DNA of 64,000 nt from Microcoleus sp. (GTDB lineage: Bacteria; Cyanobacteriota; Cyanobacteriia; Cyanobacteriales; Microcoleaceae). Below, one piece after another: positions 9,305 to 17,700 of the stretch. A model generated the notes under the pieces. That model saw only the letters and a program-made list of their open reading frames with translations. It did not search any database and was not told the origin of the DNA. Positions within the stretch are counted from its first letter, which is position 1. Each line of letters begins with the position of its first letter. Location of the stretch: the NCBI GenBank assembly GCA_042408215.1, contig JAYFMW010000028.1, positions 32,001 to 96,000 of the forward strand. Direction: 5' to 3'. The position numbers and the translations under genes are program-made.

Positions 9305-12300
9305 CTAATTTTTCAAAACTTGTTCTAAAGTTTTGAGCCAATTAATACTTTTCACCTTGAGTATGTGTTCAGTAAGTAGTTGTTGATGAGCGACTTGAGC
9401 CAGCTTAGCTCTAAGTTCAGAATTATCTAATAAACTGCAAATAGCTTTGTACCAATCATCCACTCTATTTTCGACCAATAAACCATTAACCCCATGCTCA
9501 ATAATCTGGCTGTAAGCATTGCTGATACTGCAAATAGTCGGAATTTCCATTGCTGCATAGTCTAAAAATTTAATATAACTTTTGCAGCGGTTAAAAGGAT
9601 TATCTATCAATGGTGCAAGACCAATGTGCCATTTTTGCTCTGAGATCAGCCAATCTACAAATTTGGGATAGAGATTTGCTCCTTTGGGAATAACAACATT
9701 ATTAGCCCAACTAGGTATGGATTGGCGATCGCAGATACCAATTAAGTCAATTTCTACCTGAGTCCCTCGTTCTTTTTTGATTTGCATTAAAGCCGGCTCT
9801 ATCATCTGAAAATCTTCCAAATGAGTGCGCGTTCCCATATAGACCAATCGTAAAGGTTTGCGATCTTTAATAGTTGCACTTTCTTTTTTACGATTCAATT
9901 TCCACAGACGATCGTCCAAAACGTTAGGTATGACTACTACATTTTTATTGAAACGCTCGATTGCTCGGGCTAGATCCACCGTTGACACTGTTACAACATT
10001 GGCTGCTTGACATAAAATAGTCATTGCCTGAATCTCTTCTTGACGCTGTATTGACAGGTTGCTGCTACCAATATCGAAGAGGAGATCGTCAATTTCATAG
10101 ATTAACTTGCAGTTTCGGTTGGAACAAGTAGCAACTAATTGACGAGCATCTTGAGGATTAGATACAGCATTTCTTTGGACCACTAAATGATTTAAATTTT
10201 CAACTTTCTCGACAGATTTTAAGTCGATTACTTGGAAGTTAAATTCATGTTTATTTAGATATTTATATGGTAATAAAACTCGAATAAAACTGGAACCTGG
10301 AAAAGTCCCCCCTTGAGTCAAAGGAACTAAAGCACCTATTCTTTGAGTCTTTTGGTATCCTTCGATGATTTTTTTGTAAAAAACGCTGACAATACTAAAA
10401 GCTGCTCGATTGGGTGAATATCTTGCTGCTGTTTCAATAGCATTTAATTTAAGTTGTAATAAGACATTGCTTTCGACCTTAATTAGTTCATAAATCATAG
10501 ATATGCACTGATCGATTGATGTAGTATCACCAACTAGAGAGTTGAAAGAATGTACAGCAAACTCATTAGTACCTCCCCTTTCAGGAACAAATGGAATACA
10601 ACCAGAAGCCATAGCTTCTAATGCTGTGCGTCCGAAGGCTTGGTAGTCTGAAAGGTCTAGGAATATATCTGAGTTACGCAATAGGGTCGCAACCTCTTCA
10701 CGAGTCAGATGGGGAAAGATCGTCGTGTTTTCTGGAATAGGTATTCCAGACGACTCTATCATATTGCATTCAGACCCAAAGATAGTGAAATGTACTTCAT
10801 TTGGAAACAATTCTGATAAAATTTTGGTCACAGCTAAGGTCCGACGCGGAGCACGTATAGGCGTTGCCAATCTTACCATCATAGAAATCTCAATACGATC
10901 GCGTTTATTTCCCAAATTTGGGTAATACACTTGATGATCGATACTGGGTTCTACTTTGTGGACGGTAACAGAATGATTGCGATTAACAATGTCACACAAC
11001 CACTGTGTCTTAGCAAATAAGACAGCATGAGGGATGAGTGTGTAAGATTGTCGAGCCTCTTCCCACTCTGGGGTGTCTTTACGACAAAACAATGGTTCAT
11101 AGTCTTGTATATAGTAAGCTGGCAAAAATCTGGAATTTTCTATTGTTAAAAAATTGAGAATTTTGACAGAACTGTAAGTGGTTGCACATACAACTGAAAA
11201 ATTTTCAGCTAATCTTTTTAAGTCGGTGATAGTTTGATAAGAAGCTACTATTTCATTAATGGGAGAAATACCTGCATAGTTTTCTAAGAAATGAGAGTAA
11301 TTCTGCTGATTAACTGCAATTTTCACTGGGATTCCACAGCGATGAAGTTCTAGACATTCTTGCACAACTGAGTGAGATCCACCACCTCCTCCTTTCACAG
11401 GAAGTATAAATAGAATTTTGATAAATCTATCATCCAGATTTAAGTCAATACTTGGTTGATAAAATTGATCGCTCTCTAGCTGACCGCTCTGGGCTAATGC
11501 TATCCTTAATTTGTAGTAGGCAGGAGAAAAGTTGGGATCTAGCTCAAATGATTGAGAATAATAAGTAACAGCTTCCTTCCACTGCTGTTTTTGACTCAGC
11601 ATTTCTCCTAAGTTGTAATAAATATTAGCAGAATAATTTGGTTTCAGATCGATGGATTGACGATAAGTAGTAATTGCCTCTTCTATTTGTCCTTGTTGCT
11701 GTAGAGCTTCTCCTAATCGATGATAAGATGTTATGAAATTAGGATCGAATTCGATGGCTCGACGGTAAGAGTTGATCGCATCCTCAATTTGTCCTTGTTG
11801 TTGCAGAGCTTCCCCTAAACGATGATAAGCGCTCGGGAACTTGGGGTTAAGTTCGATCGCTAGACGATAACAGGCGATCGCTTCCTCGAATTGCTTGAGT
11901 TGACTCAGGGCATTTCCTAAGTTATGGTAAGCCTTAGAAAACTTCGGTTGCAACTCAGTTGCTTGGCGGTAGGCGACGATCGCTTCTTCATGTTTCCCTT
12001 GTTGTTGCCAAAGCTCTCCTAAGCTGAAGTGTAACTCAGGAGTATTTGGATTGAGTTCGATCGCTAGACGATAAGAGGCGATCGCTTCTTCCCACTGTTT
12101 GAGCTGACCCAGAACATTTCCTAACTGATTGTAAGCTTTAAAAAATTTCGGTTGCAGCTCAATTGCTCGACGATAACAGGCGATCGCATCCTCATATTTC
12201 CCTTGTTGCCGCCAAAGTTCCCCTAAACTGTGGTGACAGTCAGGGTTATTTGGGTTGAGTTCAATCGCTTGACGGTAGGCGGCGATCGCTGATTCAGTTT

Positions 12301-12685
12301 CTCCAAGCTGTTTTAGAGCTTCAGCTAAACGATAATAGGCGGTAGGGAAATTGGGGTTAAGTTCGATCGCCTGACGGTAAGAGGCGATCGCTTCGGGCCA
12401 TTGTTTGAGTTGGCTCAGGGCATTTCCTAGGTTATGGTAAGCCTTAGAAAACTTGGGTTGCAGCTCAATTGCTTGACGGTAAGATGCGATCGCCTCTTGG
12501 TGTTTCCCCACTCGTTGCAAAACCTCCCCCAAACTGCGGTGAAACTCAGGGTTATTGGGGTTGAGTTCAATAGCTTGACGGTAGATAGCGATCGCCTCGT
12601 CTAATTTACCTTCACCAGCCAACTGTTGGCCTGTTTGGAAATTTGTTTCAGCAGTTTCTTGGTGGATTTTTGTTGACATATACAA
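9305..12685 (-). CDS. TPR-repeat protein fused to two GT-B (GT4-like) glycosyltransferase modules
   Basis: About 11 N-terminal TPRs; QAFGRTALEAMASGC; second module IGLAPLIDNPFNRCKSYIKFLDY. Confidence 0.9.
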   Translation of the reverse strand: MYMSTKIHQETAETNFQTGQQLAGEGKLDEAIAIYRQAIELNPNNPEFHRSLGEVLQRVGKHQEAIASYRQAIELQPKFSKAYHNLGNALSQLKQWPEAIASYRQAIELNPNFPTAYYRLAEALKQLGETESAIAAYRQAIELNPNNPDCHHSLGELWRQQGKYEDAIACYRRAIELQPKFFKAYNQLGNVLGQLKQWEEAIASYRLAIELNPNTPELHFSLGELWQQQGKHEEAIVAYRQATELQPKFSKAYHNLGNALSQLKQFEEAIACYRLAIELNPKFPSAYHRLGEALQQQGQIEDAINSYRRAIEFDPNFITSYHRLGEALQQQGQIEEAITTYRQSIDLKPNYSANIYYNLGEMLSQKQQWKEAVTYYSQSFELDPNFSPAYYKLRIALAQSGQLESDQFYQPSIDLNLDDRFIKILFILPVKGGGGGSHSVVQECLELHRCGIPVKIAVNQQNYSHFLENYAGISPINEIVASYQTITDLKRLAENFSVVCATTYSSVKILNFLTIENSRFLPAYYIQDYEPLFCRKDTPEWEEARQSYTLIPHAVLFAKTQWLCDIVNRNHSVTVHKVEPSIDHQVYYPNLGNKRDRIEISMMVRLATPIRAPRRTLAVTKILSELFPNEVHFTIFGSECNMIESSGIPIPENTTIFPHLTREEVATLLRNSDIFLDLSDYQAFGRTALEAMASGCIPFVPERGGTNEFAVHSFNSLVGDTTSIDQCISMIYELIKVESNVLLQLKLNAIETAARYSPNRAAFSIVSVFYKKIIEGYQKTQRIGALVPLTQGGTFPGSSFIRVLLPYKYLNKHEFNFQVIDLKSVEKVENLNHLVVQRNAVSNPQDARQLVATCSNRNCKLIYEIDDLLFDIGSSNLSIQRQEEIQAMTILCQAANVVTVSTVDLARAIERFNKNVVVIPNVLDDRLWKLNRKKESATIKDRKPLRLVYMGTRTHLEDFQMIEPALMQIKKERGTQVEIDLIGICDRQSIPSWANNVVIPKGANLYPKFVDWLISEQKWHIGLAPLIDNPFNRCKSYIKFLDYAAMEIPTICSISNAYSQIIEHGVNGLLVENRVDDWYKAICSLLDNSELRAKLAQVAHQQLLTEHILKVKSINWLKTLEQVLKN

Positions 12686-12718
12686 ACCTCTATTCGATCT
12701 TGTTTTTCACTGAAATTA

Positions 12719-14533
12719 TTATTGATTTCGCTGAGGTACGATATGTTCGCGGAGTTTAAGACGCAAACGATCGAGAGCTTGATTGTTTTTAATTTCCTCT
12801 GTCAAAGCTTTGACATTAATATCAGGATGCTTGGATTTGAAGGCTGCTGAACCTTGCTTAGAAAGCTCTTGACGGCGTTCGTGTCCGAAACTTTTAGACT
12901 TAGAGTGATAGACGTAGGCATGATCGGCGATCGCTAGTTTAAACCCAGCTTTGCGAGCTCGAATAGAAAAATCATTCTCTTCTCCATAACCGTAGGGAAA
13001 GCTTTCTTCATCCAGCCAACCTATGGCATCGATTACTGCTCTCTTAATCATGTAACAAAAACCATTAACAAAACTGACACAAGGAAATGCTTTTTCGGAA
13101 ACATTTGCCACTATATTACTAAACATTTCCAGAGAGTATCCTTCAGGAATATTGTTAATCATCCAGCCTCCATTTTTGTCAAATATTTCGGGAATAGATT
13201 GCCAAGATGCACAATTTGAGAGGGGGCCGACTATGCCAATATCCTTTCTAGAAGTAGCACATTCAATTAATTTTTCAAGCCACCCAGGAGTAACAATTGT
13301 GTCACTGTTTAATAAAATTATGTAGTCACCTTTGCTGGCGCGCAGACCAATATTAGCTGCTTTGGTATAACCGCGAGCCGTCTCATTTCTAAACAAATTC
13401 GCTACAGAATATTCTTGAACCCACGACTTAACAAAGTCTCTAGTTTCTGCTTGAGAACCGTCATCTACAATCAGCAAGCGATAGTCAACCTTTGTGTGTT
13501 GTCTAATCGAAGTCAGACACTCTTTTACATCCTCGAAAGCATTGTGAACGCAGAGAACAATATCAACTCGATCAACTGTAGATTGTGATACAGGCGAGAA
13601 TTTAAATGACAAGGGAATGTGTGAAGATTTATTATGAACCTTCCGTTCTCCACAAAAATCAATCAAATCAGCTTGCGACTGTACACCGACATCTTCAAAC
13701 CCATCATTAATCTGGAGCATGGCTTTCCATAGCTGCAAATAAAGTTCAAAGTCACCAGGCTTAAGTTGCAGCCCCATTTGATAAAATACGATCGCTCCAT
13801 CCCTCTGTCCTTGTTTAATCAAAGCATTACCCAAACCCAAATAGAGTTTTGGATCTTTTGGGTTAACCTCCAGAGCCTTGTGATAGAGCTTGATATTATC
13901 TGGATTTTCTTGAATAGCTTGACTGTAATAACTAATAGCTTCCTTGGCAGATAATGGGCTGTAATTTCGCAGCGCATCCCCCAATTTTTCATACACGCAA
14001 GGCAGATCCGACTTTAACTGAATTGCACGCCGATAAGCAACAACCGCCTCTTCCCACCTCTCCAACTCCACCAAAGCATCCCCCAAATTATAGTAAGACC
14101 AATGGAAGTCTGGATTGAGCTTCGTCGCACTTCTATACCCCTCCACCGCCTCTTCCCATTTCTCCTGCTTAATCAGCACATCCCCTAAATTATTGTGCGA
14201 CCAACAAAAATCTGGATTAAATTTAATCGCTAGACGATATGCAACAACAGCCTCATCTAACCTTCCTTGTCCCTGCCAAATATCCCCTAAATTGTGGTGG
14301 ACTTCCCACAAATTAGGCTGAAGTTCGATAGCTTTATGATAAACTATTACTGCTTCATCCAACTCACCATTTTTAACAAGAGCATCCCCTAGACTTTGGT
14401 AAATCTCCGCCGCTTCAGAATCAATCTCTAGAGCTTTGCGATAGGAATAAATAGCCTTCTCCCATTCCCCCTTTTTAGCCAAAGCCTTCCCTAAACTGTA
14501 GTGAGGTTTAGCAGCATTGAAATTAGCTCCCAC
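12719..14533 (-). CDS. TPR-repeat protein fused to a GT2 glycosyltransferase
   Basis: TPRs followed by VDIVLCVHNA...IVDDGS...LLNSDTIV...GYGEENDF; start codon uncertain. Confidence 0.9.
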   Translation of the reverse strand: MGANFNAAKPHYSLGKALAKKGEWEKAIYSYRKALEIDSEAAEIYQSLGDALVKNGELDEAVIVYHKAIELQPNLWEVHHNLGDIWQGQGRLDEAVVAYRLAIKFNPDFCWSHNNLGDVLIKQEKWEEAVEGYRSATKLNPDFHWSYYNLGDALVELERWEEAVVAYRRAIQLKSDLPCVYEKLGDALRNYSPLSAKEAISYYSQAIQENPDNIKLYHKALEVNPKDPKLYLGLGNALIKQGQRDGAIVFYQMGLQLKPGDFELYLQLWKAMLQINDGFEDVGVQSQADLIDFCGERKVHNKSSHIPLSFKFSPVSQSTVDRVDIVLCVHNAFEDVKECLTSIRQHTKVDYRLLIVDDGSQAETRDFVKSWVQEYSVANLFRNETARGYTKAANIGLRASKGDYIILLNSDTIVTPGWLEKLIECATSRKDIGIVGPLSNCASWQSIPEIFDKNGGWMINNIPEGYSLEMFSNIVANVSEKAFPCVSFVNGFCYMIKRAVIDAIGWLDEESFPYGYGEENDFSIRARKAGFKLAIADHAYVYHSKSKSFGHERRQELSKQGSAAFKSKHPDINVKALTEEIKNNQALDRLRLKLREHIVPQRNQ

Positions 14534-14787
14534 ACTCCAATAGGAATACTGATATCGCTTCCTATCCTGTTCCCCAGATTCCGAGTCAACCTTTGTTAAT
14601 GTAACTGATTGAGGAGGTAAAAGTTCATGATTTTCCTGCGATAGATGCGGATAAATCTGAATGCTTATTTACTGGAAATGCAATAATTTTTGATTGGTTG
14701 CTCATCGCCTGTACCTGTTGTAATTTTACACCCGTAAATCCGCTTAATTTATGATTCCTGGTGTTGGCTAAGCTATCCGGAAAATTT

Positions 14788-17700
14788 CTAAACTTTTGCT
14801 AGTTTAATGGCGCGCTTGTAAGCCTCGATCGCCTCATCAATCTCACCTTTTTCTTGCAAAGCATCCCCTAATTTGTGGTGAAATTCCCAGATGTCTGGTT
14901 TCAACTCAATAGTTTTTTCATAACACCCGATCGCTTCATCCAACTGACCCCAACTGTCTAAGACATCCCCCAAACTTTGATAAGCTTGAGCCAAATTGGG
15001 ATTTAATTCGATCGCTCTCCGATAACAGGCGATCGCATCTTCCCGCCGGTTGAGACTTGCCCAAGCTTTCCCCAAACCGTAATGAGACCCCTCGAAATTC
15101 GGGTTCAACTCTATGGCTGGCCGATAAGCCGCGATCGCATTCTCCCACTTACCCTGAACGCTCAAAACTTCCCCTAAATTGTGATAAGCATCCGCATAAC
15201 TCGGCTGCAACTCAATCGCACGCTGGTAACAGGAAATTGCCCGCTCCAACTTGCCCAGCTCTAACAAAGTATTCCCCAGAGTAAAGTGTTCCTCAGCCGT
15301 TGCCCAGTTGATATCTAAAGTGAGAGCTTCATACCAGCAATTTGCCCCTAATTTTGGCTGACCAGACTGCAAAAATACCTGAGCTAAATTCCGGTAAGCC
15401 GATGCTAAACTCGGTTTAATTTCAATCGCTTTTCGGTAACAAGAAATTGACTTTTTCCACTGTTTTTGCTGAGCATAAAGACTGCCTAAATTGGCATGAA
15501 CTTCAGCAAAATTCGGGTCAATTTCTAGGGCTTGAGCGTACCAATACCAGGCCGCATCTAGTTTGTCCATCGCTTGGGTAGCATTCCCCAAAATCTTGTA
15601 GGCAAGTGCCGCCGGAGGTTTCATTTCAATAGCTCGCTTGCACTCTGCGATCGCCTCCTCATATTTCCGCTGGTCGTAATAAGATTCTGCCTGTTTAATG
15701 TATGTTTCCGCATCGTAGCGAGGGACTATCTGCTCTGGTTTGCGATCGTTGCTATTGCCCTTTGCCGGCGCGGATGTGACAATTTCCGCAGATTTTGAAT
15801 GACCGTTGCTGGGAGTATTTACCTGTGCTGCGGTGGTCAGAGAATTACCAGATTGATGATGATTTAGCAAACTATTTTTGTTAAGTTCCGCCACTCTTTG
15901 AAAACAGAGCGCAGCTTCATCTAACTTACCTTGCTGTTTCAACGCTTTCCCCATATTTTGATAAGCCCCAGCCCAGTTCGGCTTTAACTCGATCGCGCGG
16001 CGGTAACAAACGATCGCATGAGTAATTTGACCTTGCTTAAACAAACTGTTACCCAGTTTAAAATGTTGCTCTGGTGGCACTTTTTCCGGTGCCAAAGAAT
16101 ACGCTTCGTACCAGCACTCATTCGCCTCTTCCAGCTTACCGGCCTGCGTCCACACCCTAGCTAAATTACGGTAAGCTGGTGCTAGATTTGGTAGAATGGC
16201 GATCGCTTTTTGGTAGCAAGTAATTGCCGGCGACCACTGTTTGGTCAGGGCATACAAACTGCCAAGATTTACGTGGGTTTCCGCATCATTAGACTGAATC
16301 TTGACGGCTTTTTTATAGCAGTCTATCGCCCCTTCCATATTCCCTTGCGCTTGCAAAATCTTGCCACACAGTTTGTAAGCAGCCACCGCATCTGGTTGAA
16401 TTTCAATAGCTCGCTTGCACTCAAGGATAGCCAGATCAAATTGTTTTTGAACGTAATAAGATTCTGCCTGTTGAATGCACGCATCAGCCGTTTCCTGTTT
16501 CCGAGAATCTGCCTCCAAACTGCTTTCAACAACTGTCAATTTAGACAAAATATCAGCCGATTTTTGAGGAATGGGGGCAGAATTCGTCGCAAGGGCGATC
16601 GCATTTAACTCTTGCGGTACAGTATCTATCGGTTCTGGCTGCTGCAACTGCACATTAGGTTTTTCAGCGGAGATTGTTGAACCGAGTTGCAAGGGATTAG
16701 TTGTAGGAATTTCCGAGGTTTGAGGTAACTCAGATCTACCATTTAAACCAAGAACTACTGTCTTGAACAAATCCCCAAAAATGTTAGCTGGACGTTCAAT
16801 AACTTTTCGATAATTGGCAGTTTCTTCGTTTAATTTTTTTTGGGCTTTGAGAGCATTTCCTAAATGTTGGTAAGCCTCGTTTGAATTGGGGTTTAACTCA
16901 ATAGCGTGGCAGTAACAGCGTATAGCCTGCGTTAGCTGATTTTGCCTCAAAAAGTTATCGCCTAGATGAATATGTTCTTCCGATGTTGCCTTGTCAGGCT
17001 CGATAGAATATGCTTTAAACCAGCACTCGTCAGCCTCCGACAACTGACCCATTTGCGTCCATACCCTAGCCAAATTTCGGTAAGTTGATGCTAAATTGGG
17101 CTGAAGGGCGATCGCTTTTTGGTAACACGCAATGGCGGGCTGCCACTGTTGTTCCTGAGCATAAAGCGTCCCCAAATTAGTATAAGCTTCAGCAAAATCA
17201 GGATCGATTTCAATAGCCTTAGCGTACCATTTTTTCGCCTCATCTACCTTGCCTTGAGCTTGCCTAGCATTACCCCAAATTTTATACGCCCTCGCATCTG
17301 GTTTAACTTTGATAACTCGCTGACAAGCCGCCGCCGCCAGCTCAAATTTCCTTTGAGCATAAAATGCTTCTGCACCTTGAATGTAGACTTCAATATCATC
17401 AATATCGCAGGTAAAAACAGCGGGTTCAATATTAGTTTTTTGGGGTTCTTTTACCTGCACAGATGTTGATTTTTGATAACAGACTAAAGCCCGCTCCCAA
17501 TTTTTCTCTTGGGCGTATAAGGTAGCAAGATTGGTATAAACTTCTGCAAAATCTGGCTGAATTTCCAAAGCTTTACTATACCAATGCTTTGCCTTAGCTA
17601 AATTGCCTTGTACTTGACTAGCCTTGCCCAAAGTTTTGTAAGCTGGTGCAAAATCAGGTTTCTGCTCCAGGGCTTGCGAGCAAGCAGCGATAGCATCATC

